64,000 nt of DNA. Origin: an uncultured Armatimonadetes bacterium (GTDB lineage Bacteria; Armatimonadota; UBA5829; DTJY01). The notes beneath the pieces are model-generated. The model ran no database searches. It worked only from the letters and a program-made list of their open reading frames with translations, and was not told the DNA's origin. The DNA lies in contig OY970325.1 in NCBI GenBank assembly GCA_963717145.1, positions 1,408,001-1,472,000 on the forward strand, read 5' to 3'. Position 1 is the first letter of the stretch. Every line of letters begins with the position of its first letter. Shown piece by piece: positions 1 to 9,011 of this stretch. The translations under genes and the position numbers were made by a program.

Positions 1-264
1 ATGCTGGACACGCTGCACGAGCGGACGAATCGCCTCTCCCGCCGCGACCTTCTTGGCCTTCTTGTCATTCATCGCCGAGTTGAACGCCGTGCGCTTGTCG
101 CCGAGATTCGTGAAGCTCCCGTTGTAAGCGGTGTACGCAGTCTGCAGCGGCAGGATATCTGCCGGGTCGAGCCCGAGTTCCACCAAATGGGTATCCAGAC
201 CCGAGACGAGATTGTACATCCACGATGCAAGTTCCGCATCGTTCGAAGGTAAGTAATCCGACAT
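1..264 (-). CDS. Uncharacterised helical/FN3-like family protein, 5' part only (runs off window); paralogue of 28734-29417
   Basis: Manual translation from ATG at 264: MSDYLPSNDAELASWMYNLVSGLDTHLVELGLDPADILPLQTAYTAYNGSFTNLGDKRTAFNSAMNDKKAKKVAAGEAIRPLVQRVQH. RBS AGGAGGA at 272-278. Aligns without gaps to the N-terminus of 28734-29417. Not in the ORF track because it has no stop in the window. Confidence 0.85.
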   Translation of the reverse strand, partial: MSDYLPSNDAELASWMYNLVSGLDTHLVELGLDPADILPLQTAYTAYNGSFTNLGDKRTAFNSAMNDKKAKKVAAGEAIRPLVQRVQH

Positions 265-333
265 ATCAATGTCCTCCTGAAATGAGATTTCGCCCCTGCA
301 CGCAGAGCATTTCCACGCCAGGTCCGAGCCCGG

Positions 334-501
334 TTACACCCGGTGTAAGCCCTCCTACACCCGGTGCAAGGCTTCCTACACCCGGTGTAAGGCTGCCTAC
401 ACCCGGTGTAGGACGAGTTACACCGGGTGTAGGAAAAGCTACACGCGGTGCAAGCCCGGCTACACCCGATGCAGGACGAGCTACACCCGGTGCAAGGCCC
501 C
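334..501. repeat. Tandem array of eight 21-bp units with near-palindromic core YTACACCCGGTGYA and variable ~7-nt linkers
   Basis: Units start at 334, 355, 376, 397, 418, 439, 460 and 481, e.g. ctacacccggtgtaaggctgc and ctacacccggtgtaggacgag. Confidence 0.95.
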
Positions 502-727
502 TGAGTTCAGGCTCAGGCGCGGATCATGCGGTTGCGAGGACAGCAGTTGTGGCCGGGTCTGAGGTCGAACTTCCTGAGAGACACCGGGAAACTGCCCACC
601 GAGGGCTCGCCACCCGATCGCCCGCCACTCCACCATCCGCAATCTGAGTTGTGCAAGGTACGACCTACACTATTATTGTAGGCACGAGGCACGGATTTCT
701 TCAGGTATTTGTTGCAGGTATTTTCGG

Positions 728-756
728 TTTACACCGCGAGCGTAATGCGCTATAGT
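728..756 (+). promoter_or_regulatory. sigma70-type promoter of the KAP-LRR gene
   Basis: TTTACA-17 bp-TATAGT. Confidence 0.55.
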
Positions 757-828
757 ATGACCGGTTGAGAAGTCTCCGACCGGTAGACCAGCGGCTCTCC
801 GACCGACGAGGGCTGAAAGGTGCGCGCC

Positions 829-2994
829 ATGACTGAGTCAGACAACTTCGATTTCCGGTCCATCCGCCTCATCGATGACCAGCCGATCGATGAACTGGAG
901 CGAGATCACCTCGGGCTGATGCCGTGGGCCAAGATGATCGCGGGGACGGCGGTCGGAACGCAGGGGCCGTTCACCATCGGCGTGCACGCGAAGTGGGGAC
1001 TCGGCAAGACTACCCTCCTCCGGCTGACCCAGCGTCTGATAGAACGCCAGAACCCCGAAGTCGTCACCGTGTGGTTCAACGCCTGGCAGTTCGAGCGCGA
1101 GGAGCATCCGCTCTTCCCACTCATCGCGGCCATTGCGGATGAGATCGAGCGGAAGGCGCCCTTGTCAGAGGTCACTACAGGCTCGAAACGACTGCGGAGC
1201 ATCGGGCGGTCTCTGCGGGCGCTCTGCCGAGGCATGAAGTTCAAGGCCGAGGTCGGGATTCCAGGCGTGGGAAGTTTCTCAGGCGAGCTGGATTGCGAGA
1301 AGGCGCTCGAGGCCGAGGAGCAGTTCAATGAGGAGGCCAACCCGCTCCTGGCCGAGTCGATGTACCACTCGGCGTTCGGCGCGCTGGAGGCGGCCACCAG
1401 GCGCGAGGACGAAGACGACGGGCTGAAGATCGTTGTCTTCGTGGACGACCTGGATCGCTGCCAGCCGGACAAGGCGGTCCACCTCCTGGAGAACGTCAAG
1501 CTCATCCTGGCGCAACGGGGGTTCGTCTTCGTGCTTGCGGTTGACTGCGACGTGCTGGAGGGCTACCTGGAAAAGCGCTACGTCGATTCATGCGGCGACG
1601 GCGCTCGCGGGCGGGGGCGCTTCTACATGGAGAAGATCATCCAGCTCCCCGTCCACATCCCCTCCCACCGCTCCCGGTTCGCCAGGTTCGTCGAGAGGAT
1701 TGTGAATGATCTGGGCGACAAGGAGAGTCCTGAGATTCAGGCGCTCACGGACATCCAGCAAGTGCTTGTCACCGGCGCGGGACTGAACCCACGCAGCCTC
1801 ATCCGCCTCGTGAACAACTTCCTGCTCGACTGCAAACTCTGGCCGATGATCCCGCACGTCGAGAACTACGAAGCGTTGACCAAGGACTTGGCGGCTGCAC
1901 TTGCCTTCAACCGCATTCTCGATCACGACCTGGACGGCTTGTTCACGGCTCTGATAAGCGACCAGGAACTGTGTGAAACCATACGATCGAGAGATGAGAC
2001 GACGCTACTGGGGTATATGGACGAAGTGTCAAGAAAGGACCGTGCTGAGGAGCGTTCGCTGGAGCATCACTCCTTGGAACAGGTAGAAGCTCAACGATCT
2101 CAGGTAGTCCGAGAGCTTCTGCGCCGCCCGGAGCTTCTGGCCGCGCTTGCAGAGCATGGGAAGGCTTGGCTGCGGGACGGAGAGCTTCGGCGAGTGGTGA
2201 ACGAGTTCGCACAGACTGATCGGGCTACCGGATCAGTCGAGTTCCCGGAGCCGATCGCAGAGGCCATCAGAAAGGAGCTTGGTCTGCAGGCCGACGAGCC
2301 GATCCCCTTTGGGCGGCTCACCGAGGTCAAGAATTTGAACCTGGGGCCGAGCAACGTGGGGGACGCCGACCTTGCGCATCTCCACAGACTCTCCGGACTG
2401 CGGAGCCTCGGGCTTTGGGACACCGAAGTGACCGATGCTGGGCTCGCGCATCTCAAGGGATTCTCCGCACTGCAAAGCCTCAGCCTGACGCGCACCAGGG
2501 TCACGGATGAAGGACTCGCCTTTCTAGAGAGGCTCTCTGGACTGCAGAGGCTCTACCTGGGGGACCTTCAGGTGACGGATGCCGGGCTCGCACATCTCAA
2601 GGGGCTGTCCGCACTGCAAGAACTCCACCTGTGGGAGACCAGCGTGAGGGGCTGGGGGCTTGTGCATATCAAGGACTTGTCGGGACTTCGTGAGCTTCAC
2701 CTGCAAGGCAGCCAGGTAGCGAATGGGGGGCTCATGCATCTTAGGAGCCTCTATGGACTGCGGGTCCTCAACATGGCGAGCACTAACATGACAGATGCCG
2801 GACTCGCACATCTCAAAGGACTCTCCGGGCTGCAAGAACTCTACCTGTCGGGCACGCAGGTGACGGACGTCGGGCTCGCCCATCTCAAGGGACTCCAAGA
2901 GCTGCGGTGGCTGTACCTGTCGGGCACGCAGGTGACGGATGCCGGTGTGCGCGAACTCGAGAAGGCGATTCCCGGCCTCAATGTCGACCGATGA
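829..2994 (+). CDS. KAP-family P-loop NTPase fused to C-terminal leucine-rich repeats
   Basis: Walker A AKWGLGKTT, WFNAW, Walker B VVFVDDLDRC, YMEKIIQLP and NPR motifs of KAP NTPases. About nine 24-aa LRRs (LxxLxLxxTxVTDAGLAHLKGL). Confidence 0.9.
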   Translation: MTESDNFDFRSIRLIDDQPIDELERDHLGLMPWAKMIAGTAVGTQGPFTIGVHAKWGLGKTTLLRLTQRLIERQNPEVVTVWFNAWQFEREEHPLFPLIAAIADEIERKAPLSEVTTGSKRLRSIGRSLRALCRGMKFKAEVGIPGVGSFSGELDCEKALEAEEQFNEEANPLLAESMYHSAFGALEAATRREDEDDGLKIVVFVDDLDRCQPDKAVHLLENVKLILAQRGFVFVLAVDCDVLEGYLEKRYVDSCGDGARGRGRFYMEKIIQLPVHIPSHRSRFARFVERIVNDLGDKESPEIQALTDIQQVLVTGAGLNPRSLIRLVNNFLLDCKLWPMIPHVENYEALTKDLAAALAFNRILDHDLDGLFTALISDQELCETIRSRDETTLLGYMDEVSRKDRAEERSLEHHSLEQVEAQRSQVVRELLRRPELLAALAEHGKAWLRDGELRRVVNEFAQTDRATGSVEFPEPIAEAIRKELGLQADEPIPFGRLTEVKNLNLGPSNVGDADLAHLHRLSGLRSLGLWDTEVTDAGLAHLKGFSALQSLSLTRTRVTDEGLAFLERLSGLQRLYLGDLQVTDAGLAHLKGLSALQELHLWETSVRGWGLVHIKDLSGLRELHLQGSQVANGGLMHLRSLYGLRVLNMASTNMTDAGLAHLKGLSGLQELYLSGTQVTDVGLAHLKGLQELRWLYLSGTQVTDAGVRELEKAIPGLNVDR

Positions 2995-3105
2995 TTCGGT
3001 TTCCCTCTGCCTGTCTTCCTCTCGGTCCCTCTCCCGCCGTGGAAGGATTCGGCGGGGCGGCGCGGGAATGTAGGGGGTGTGACTTTTGATCCGAGGAGGC
3101 AGCGC

Positions 3106-4323
3106 ATGAGACTCATATTGTTTGTGGCAGCGATCGTTATCCTGGCGGCGGGCGCGGATGCTCGGGACACGGGCCGGTTCGTGCAGGACCGGTTCGTGAT
3201 CAGCTTCTGGGTCGATCCGCCGGCGGGGGAGATCACGGACGCCCGGTACAAGGAGATCGCCGACGCGAACTTCACGGTCGTGCACGGCGCGTTCGGGCCG
3301 GCGACCGATGCGGACCTGAAAAAGCAGCTCGAACTGTGCAAGAAGTATGGACTGAAGCTGATCGCGAAGAGCAGCCTCACGACCCTCGGGAAGCTGGCGG
3401 ACGACCCGGTCGTCTGGGGCTATCACCTCATCGACGAGCCCGGCGCGGCGGGCCTGCCGGACGTGAAGGCGAAGATCGAGCAGAACCGGAAGGACCATCC
3501 CGGCAAGCTGGCATACTTCAACCTGCTGCCGGACTATGCGCCTCTGACGTGGCTCGGCACGAAGTCCTACGACGAGTACATCGAGCGGTTCGCTAAGGAG
3601 ACCGGCTGCGACGTGCTCTGCATGGACTATTACCCGCAGATGACCCCGACGGCGGACGGTCGGGAGGGATACTGCAATAACCTGGCCGTGATGCGGAAGT
3701 ACTCCGTCGAGATGGGGATCCCGCACTGGAACTTCTTCAACACGATGCCGTTCGGCCCGCACCACGACCCGACCGAGTCGCACCTCCGCTGGCAGATCTA
3801 CACGTCGCTGGCATACGGGTCGAAGGGCGTGCTCTACTTCTGCTACTGGACTCCCGGCAAGGGCGCGGCGGGCGGCGGCGAGTTCCCCAAGGGCGGCGCG
3901 ATCATCACGGCGGAGGGAATCAAGACGCGCCACTACGAGCAGGCCAAGCGCATCAACTTCGCGCTCAAGAACATGGGCCCGACGCTCATGAAGCTCACCT
4001 CGACCGACGTGATCCGCATCAAGCCGGCCGACGACCCCACCCCATTGCTCGCGGATTCGCCCCTGAAGAGCTTATCGACGGGGGGAGACTACCTGATCGG
4101 CATGTTCAGGGACAAGTACGGGAAGCGCGCGGTGTTGATCAACAACTACGACCACAACTACACGTCCTGGCCGACGGTGGAGTTCGCGGTCCCGGTCGAG
4201 AAGGTCGTCGAGGTCGATCAGGCGACGGGCAAGCGCGTGCCGGTCCGGGATGACTCGCCCGAGATGGCAGGCCTCCAACTCTCGCTCGACGCGGGCGCGG
4301 GGCGGCTCTTCGTTCTCAAGTGA
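3106..4323 (+). CDS. Secreted glycoside-hydrolase-like (TIM barrel) protein
   Basis: Signal peptide MRLILFVAAIVILAAGADA. GYHLIDEP, DYYP and GSKGVLYFCY motifs. RBS GAGGAGG. Confidence 0.65.
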   Translation: MRLILFVAAIVILAAGADARDTGRFVQDRFVISFWVDPPAGEITDARYKEIADANFTVVHGAFGPATDADLKKQLELCKKYGLKLIAKSSLTTLGKLADDPVVWGYHLIDEPGAAGLPDVKAKIEQNRKDHPGKLAYFNLLPDYAPLTWLGTKSYDEYIERFAKETGCDVLCMDYYPQMTPTADGREGYCNNLAVMRKYSVEMGIPHWNFFNTMPFGPHHDPTESHLRWQIYTSLAYGSKGVLYFCYWTPGKGAAGGGEFPKGGAIITAEGIKTRHYEQAKRINFALKNMGPTLMKLTSTDVIRIKPADDPTPLLADSPLKSLSTGGDYLIGMFRDKYGKRAVLINNYDHNYTSWPTVEFAVPVEKVVEVDQATGKRVPVRDDSPEMAGLQLSLDAGAGRLFVLK

Positions 4324-4330
4324 TGATGGA

Positions 4331-4357
4331 ACCACGGAGGCACGGAGGACACGGAGA
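4331..4357. repeat. Short 9-mer tandem repeat (CACGGAGGN-like) between convergent genes
   Basis: accacggaggcacggaggacacggaga. Confidence 0.6.
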
Positions 4358-4362
4358 AAGAC

Positions 4363-5880
4363 CTAAGGCCCGGCGGTGTGGAGCACTGCCGGGCCGTTCC
4401 ATCCCTCGGGCGTCGTGATCTCGTGCTTGCCGTTGCCGAACGTGCCGGCAGGGACCCGCTTGCCGGTGAGGGGATGAAACCACTCCGACGCGAGCGATGA
4501 CTCCGCGCCGGAGACTTCGACGGTGAAGTGGCCGGGATCCTGCTGGTAGACGACGTACTCACGGCCCGGGTTGGCGAGGCAGTATCCCCGGCTCACCAAT
4601 CCGTCGTTCGGCTGGAGACGCCAGTACTGTGTGCCCTCGAAGAACCGGCGCAGGTTGTGGAAATGGGCGTATCCCGGCGGGTTGTGCTCCGGATGGATCA
4701 CGTCCCACGCGGTATAGGTGTAGTAGTACGCGCCGTATCCACCGGCCATGTAGATCTCCCACGCCCGGCGCACGACCTCCTCCGGCGACTGGGAATGCGG
4801 ATAGGTGTGATCGCCCTCGCCCTTCGGCCCTCGCTCGTAGCCGAACTCGACGTTGACCACCGGCCACTCTCGCATACCCCGCTGACGGAGGATCGTCGCG
4901 TGCCAGTCACCATGATGCTGGTCCGACCGGTAGTCGAGCAGCCCGGAATACGCGCCTCGGTCGTATGCCTCCTCATCGTGGTGGACGGTGATCGGATGCT
5001 TATAGGCATCGCTCGCCCGGATGAACCGCAGCTTGTCGGCCTTGTAGTCGAAGTCGGTCTCGTAGTGAGCCTCCTTCGAGAAGTCCCAGACGACGTTCGG
5101 ATAGGCGGAGTACCGCGCGACGAGCGTCCGGTAGTAGAGTTCCTCCGCCGGACTGCGCTTCGCGGGCCAGTTCACGCTCTTGTTGTAGACCTTTGTCATG
5201 ATGTGAGCGATGATCCCGCGCTTATGCATCGCCTCGATCACGCGGTCGTAGTGCCGCCAGAAGTCGGGGTTCAGGCGCTCGTGATCCGGCTGATCGTTCG
5301 TGCCCAGCCAGGGATAGGTTGGCGGAGGGCCGTAGTCGTTCTTCTCACTCTTGCCGGTGCGCCATGAGGTGTCGTGGGCGTAGACGTTGAGGATGATGTA
5401 GTTGAACCCGTGCTCGGCCAGCTTGTCGAGGAACGGATTCAGGTCGTTCTCATCGAGCGCCCAGAGCCAGTCGCACTCGTAGCCCATCAAAAAGAACCGG
5501 CTGCCGTCCTCGAAGACGAAATGTTGGCGGTGCTCCGGATCGACCTTCAGGATGCCGTGGACCTCGGCGTTCGGCTGCGCAACACATTGGATGCCGGCGA
5601 CCGCCTTGCCGCTGAGCTTCGCATCATCGGACGACGTGGTGAGCGACCACTCACCCTTCATCGTCGGCGAGAAGCGGATCTTCCACACGCCGCCTCCATC
5701 GTAGAAGCCGGTGACGACCATCTTCCTGCCGTCAGGGCCGGTGAAGTGACCGTCGATCCGCACGAGGAACGGGTTCTCGTGCAGGGTGTCGCTCCGGAAC
5801 TCGAAGTCGTGCGGCTGCCACTGAGGGATCTCGACCGGCATGGACATGATCAACGGCAAGAGAATCAGCGTGGGGTTCAT
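4363..5880 (-). CDS. DUF5060/DUF4038 (apiosidase-like) glycoside hydrolase with C-terminal collagen-binding-like domain
   Basis: Real start MNPTLILL overlaps the MFS stop. GFYDGGGVWKIRFSP, FEDGSRFF, NVEFGYE and EWFHPLTG motifs. Confidence 0.75.
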   Translation of the reverse strand: MNPTLILLPLIMSMPVEIPQWQPHDFEFRSDTLHENPFLVRIDGHFTGPDGRKMVVTGFYDGGGVWKIRFSPTMKGEWSLTTSSDDAKLSGKAVAGIQCVAQPNAEVHGILKVDPEHRQHFVFEDGSRFFLMGYECDWLWALDENDLNPFLDKLAEHGFNYIILNVYAHDTSWRTGKSEKNDYGPPPTYPWLGTNDQPDHERLNPDFWRHYDRVIEAMHKRGIIAHIMTKVYNKSVNWPAKRSPAEELYYRTLVARYSAYPNVVWDFSKEAHYETDFDYKADKLRFIRASDAYKHPITVHHDEEAYDRGAYSGLLDYRSDQHHGDWHATILRQRGMREWPVVNVEFGYERGPKGEGDHTYPHSQSPEEVVRRAWEIYMAGGYGAYYYTYTAWDVIHPEHNPPGYAHFHNLRRFFEGTQYWRLQPNDGLVSRGYCLANPGREYVVYQQDPGHFTVEVSGAESSLASEWFHPLTGKRVPAGTFGNGKHEITTPEGWNGPAVLHTAGP

Positions 5881-7040
5881 GATGTCGCTCCCTTTCCTGC
5901 TCTGCTCAGCGGAGACGCGAAGAAGATGACGGCGAAGGCCCCCATCACGACTGCACCGAAGAGCATCGGGTAGGACAGGTTGATCTCCGCCAGGCGTCCG
6001 CTTGCGAGGGAACAGAAGGCGAATCCGATCTGGGTCGAGAAGACCGCCGCGCCGCCCATCATCCCCAGGTGCTCGGGGAAGACGTGGCTCAGATGCGCGA
6101 AGTAGCTCGGCCACGTCGCGGAGAACGCGAGGCCGAAGAGGAAGAAAGAGGCCGCGCAGGCCCAGTAGGTCTCCAGGGCGACCGACGGCCAGACGAACAT
6201 GAGAGAGATCGCACAGAGCGCCATCGCCTGCCTCGAGTTCAACCGATCGGAGAGCGCGCTCGAGGCGAACCGGCCTGAGATCATTCCCAGGAGGAAGATC
6301 GAGAGCAGGATGTTGCCCTGTGCGGCCGTGAACCCCCGAACCTTCTGCCCGAAGGCGGGAATCCACAGTGCGACCGCGATCTCGCTCCCGGCGATCAGTG
6401 CGAACCCGGCGACCGCCGCCCAGAATGCCGCGCCGGGGTGAGCGTCGCCATGCTTCCTCCGACCTACGTGCCCGTTTCCGCCTGCGCGGTAGGCCGTCAG
6501 GGTCGTGAAGATCAGGACCACCGGCAACACTGCCGCCGCGAGGAAGCTGCTTCTCCATGCGCCGTATAGGAAGAGTGACGCCAGGATGGGACCGGCCAGC
6601 TTGCCGATCGCGTTGACTCCGTGCAGGAGAGCGACACCGCGCTGCCGATTGGGGAGCATATGGGTCGCGAGCGCGTTCGAGGATCCCATGAATCCCGATG
6701 CGAGGAAGTAGCCGGTCAGACCGACGAACGTGGCGTTCTTGTGCGGGATAAGGCCCATCACCATGAGCGCGATGATGACCATGCCGAGCGACAGGAGCAT
6801 GTTTCGCAGCGCCCCGATCCGCCCGCAGACCAATCCCCCCAGCAGTCCGCCGATCGTGCCGCCGCATACCATGCACAGCCCGACCATACGGCCGACCTCG
6901 GCATGAGACATCCCATAGGCCTGCTCGATGTTGAGGACATTCGCCGGCAGCAGACCCGCGGGGATGATTCCGGTCGTGAACCCTGCGCCGAGGACCGAGA
7001 CAACGAGCGGTATGCTCGTGCGCGTTCTATGGGTATTCAT
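5877..7040 (-). CDS. MFS transporter
   Basis: 387 aa with about 12 hydrophobic segments and G..CGRIG / GR..S..LSDRL loops. Confidence 0.85.
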   Translation of the reverse strand: MNTHRTRTSIPLVVSVLGAGFTTGIIPAGLLPANVLNIEQAYGMSHAEVGRMVGLCMVCGGTIGGLLGGLVCGRIGALRNMLLSLGMVIIALMVMGLIPHKNATFVGLTGYFLASGFMGSSNALATHMLPNRQRGVALLHGVNAIGKLAGPILASLFLYGAWRSSFLAAAVLPVVLIFTTLTAYRAGGNGHVGRRKHGDAHPGAAFWAAVAGFALIAGSEIAVALWIPAFGQKVRGFTAAQGNILLSIFLLGMISGRFASSALSDRLNSRQAMALCAISLMFVWPSVALETYWACAASFFLFGLAFSATWPSYFAHLSHVFPEHLGMMGGAAVFSTQIGFAFCSLASGRLAEINLSYPMLFGAVVMGAFAVIFFASPLSRAGKGATS

Positions 7041-7698
7041 TGCACCTCACGAAGCGAATCGGCTCATCCTCGTCTACGAACGGGAAGCGCTCATGGCGGT
7101 CGAGGAAGTAGTTGTCGGTCTTGTCGTCGCAGACACTCGACACCTCGCCGCTGACCGACGAGCCGGAGACTTCCTCGCCCCAGAACTGGTGGAACGTCCT
7201 CGGCGGGAGGCAGATGCTCTCCCCCGGTTCGATGCGGACGGTCTCACCGGGAGCGACTTCGCGCCTGATGCCACTGACTGAGAGCGAAAATCTCTTGTCC
7301 GCCGGCTGGTTGTCATCCCCTGCTCTCCAGACGGTGATCAGAACGTTCCCGCCGCCTCGGTTGATGATATCCTCCATCTTGGAGACGTGGAAGTGCAGAG
7401 GCGCGCGCTGGCCCTCGGGGTTGAAGATGAGCTTCTCGGCGTATGTCTTCGGGTAGCGAGGATCGTTGTGCCGCCCGTTTCGGAGGGTGAATAGCGTCCG
7501 GCCGATGTGCGGGAAGTCGCCGCTCCCGAAGTCCGTGACATCCCAGCCGAGCATGCAGTCGCGGATCTCATCGCACTCCGGGCCGGCGTGCCCCCACTGC
7601 TCGGGCGTCCAGAATGCATATGACGGGAGCAGGATGCCCACCTTGCCGAAGAACTCCATCGCCCGCTCGATCGCCGCATTCATCTCGGAACGTTTCAT
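7027..7698 (-). CDS. D-lyxose/D-mannose family sugar isomerase (cupin)
   Basis: MKRSEMN, LGWDVTDFGSGDF, FTLRNG, YAEK, PLHFH.SKMEDIINRGGG and GEVSSVCDD motifs. Confidence 0.85.
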   Translation of the reverse strand: MKRSEMNAAIERAMEFFGKVGILLPSYAFWTPEQWGHAGPECDEIRDCMLGWDVTDFGSGDFPHIGRTLFTLRNGRHNDPRYPKTYAEKLIFNPEGQRAPLHFHVSKMEDIINRGGGNVLITVWRAGDDNQPADKRFSLSVSGIRREVAPGETVRIEPGESICLPPRTFHQFWGEEVSGSSVSGEVSSVCDDKTDNYFLDRHERFPFVDEDEPIRFVRCNEYP

Positions 7699-8915
7699 GG
7701 ACGCCTCCTGGAAGCGTCACTGCCCGACGCGGCCACCACGTCCTTGTACACGGGGTCCGTCTCCAGCATCACCCGGAGGACCTCGCGGCGCATCGCGTAC
7801 TCGCCGCCTTTGTCGTCGGGGAACACGCGATTGGTCAGGAAGACAAGGAACGTCCCGGAGAGCCGGTCGAAGCGGATATACGTCCCTGTGTAGCCGGAGT
7901 GAGTCATCACGGCCTTGGCGAATCCCCGATTGAGCTTCGTCGCGGTCGGAGGGTTCAGCGCGCGACCCCACCCCGTGCCGTGCATGCTGTGCACCCTGAG
8001 CGGCACCTTGTTCGTCGCCATCAGGTCGACCGTCTCCGGCTTGAAGTACTCGCGGCCATCCCATGATCCGTTCGAGAGGATCATGCGGCAGAAGGTCGAG
8101 AGATCGTTCGCCGTCGAGAAGAGCCCGGCATTCCCGCCGCAGAAGACACCATCGGTGATATACGCCGCAAGCGGATCGTGCACCGATCCCTGCAGGAGCG
8201 TCTTCCCGCCGACGGTCGGCGCGCTGTACGTCTTCTCATCGGGCGTCGGATAGTAGCCCGTGTGCGTCATCCCCAAAGGGCCGAAGAGCCGCTCCCTGAG
8301 GAACTCGCCCTGTGACTTGCCGGCAAGATCGTGGTCGATCCGTGCGAGCGTCAGGAAGTTGAGGCACGAGTAGACGTAGTCCTCCTCCGTCTTGTACTTC
8401 AGCGGGAGCGACGCAATCAGGCGGATCAGCGCGTCGTACTTCGGCTCGCCCTCTTTCCGCATCTCCTCCGCCTTCGACGCGCTGGTATACGATGGCAGGC
8501 CCGAGATGTGCGAGATCAGATGCCTGAGCCTGATCTCGCGCTTGTCGTCGGTATCGAATGCGGGGAGGTACTTGCTCACCGGATCGTCGAGGCTCAGCTT
8601 CCCGTCCTGCACGAGGAGCAGAGTCGCCGATGTCGTCCCGACCGCTTTCGAGACGGACGCGAGGTCGAACAGCGTGTTCAAGGTGGTCGGCGGCGAGTTC
8701 GGATCATAGGTGAGGTGACCATATGCCTTGGCATAGAGTATCTCGTCCTTCGTGCCGATCACGAGAGCGACGGCCGGCGCAAGGTGACGCTCGATCCCCC
8801 GCTCGATGGCGGCGTCTATCTGCGCCTTTGCGGCGTCATCCAGGACCGGTGCTCCGAATGCCAGAGAGCAGACGATGAGTGTAAGAGTGACTGCAAAGAG
8901 GCTTGTTCTACGCAT
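7695..8915 (-). CDS. Secreted serine hydrolase, beta-lactamase class C-like
   Basis: FDLASVSK (SxxK), YSCLNF, VHDP, GNAGLFS and HSGYTG motifs; signal peptide. Confidence 0.85.
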   Translation of the reverse strand: MRRTSLFAVTLTLIVCSLAFGAPVLDDAAKAQIDAAIERGIERHLAPAVALVIGTKDEILYAKAYGHLTYDPNSPPTTLNTLFDLASVSKAVGTTSATLLLVQDGKLSLDDPVSKYLPAFDTDDKREIRLRHLISHISGLPSYTSASKAEEMRKEGEPKYDALIRLIASLPLKYKTEEDYVYSCLNFLTLARIDHDLAGKSQGEFLRERLFGPLGMTHTGYYPTPDEKTYSAPTVGGKTLLQGSVHDPLAAYITDGVFCGGNAGLFSTANDLSTFCRMILSNGSWDGREYFKPETVDLMATNKVPLRVHSMHGTGWGRALNPPTATKLNRGFAKAVMTHSGYTGTYIRFDRLSGTFLVFLTNRVFPDDKGGEYAMRREVLRVMLETDPVYKDVVAASGSDASRRRP

Positions 8916-9011
8916 GATACTTCTCCACCTCCGCCCGAAGGATCGGCGTGGCTGCACGGACGGCACTAGAGGTATTCGCCGCGAGCTATGCAGAATCCTA
9001 CGCTGATGGGT

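Noticed and set aside
1-252. Plus-strand 83-aa ORF
   Set aside because: It is the antisense shadow of the minus-strand gene at 1-264.
334-501. Array as a CRISPR locus (also 29708-29984)
   Set aside because: The 21-22 bp period leaves no room for unique spacers, some linkers recur, and there are no cas genes in the window.
225-647. 140-aa TPGV-repeat ORF on the plus strand
   Set aside because: It has no RBS, overlaps the start of the real minus-strand gene, and is open mainly because 21 is a multiple of 3. Not fully excluded.
5881-6876. N-terminal 330 aa of the 837-aa track ORF
   Set aside because: It is an alternative frame of the MFS gene; the hydrolase starts at 5880.
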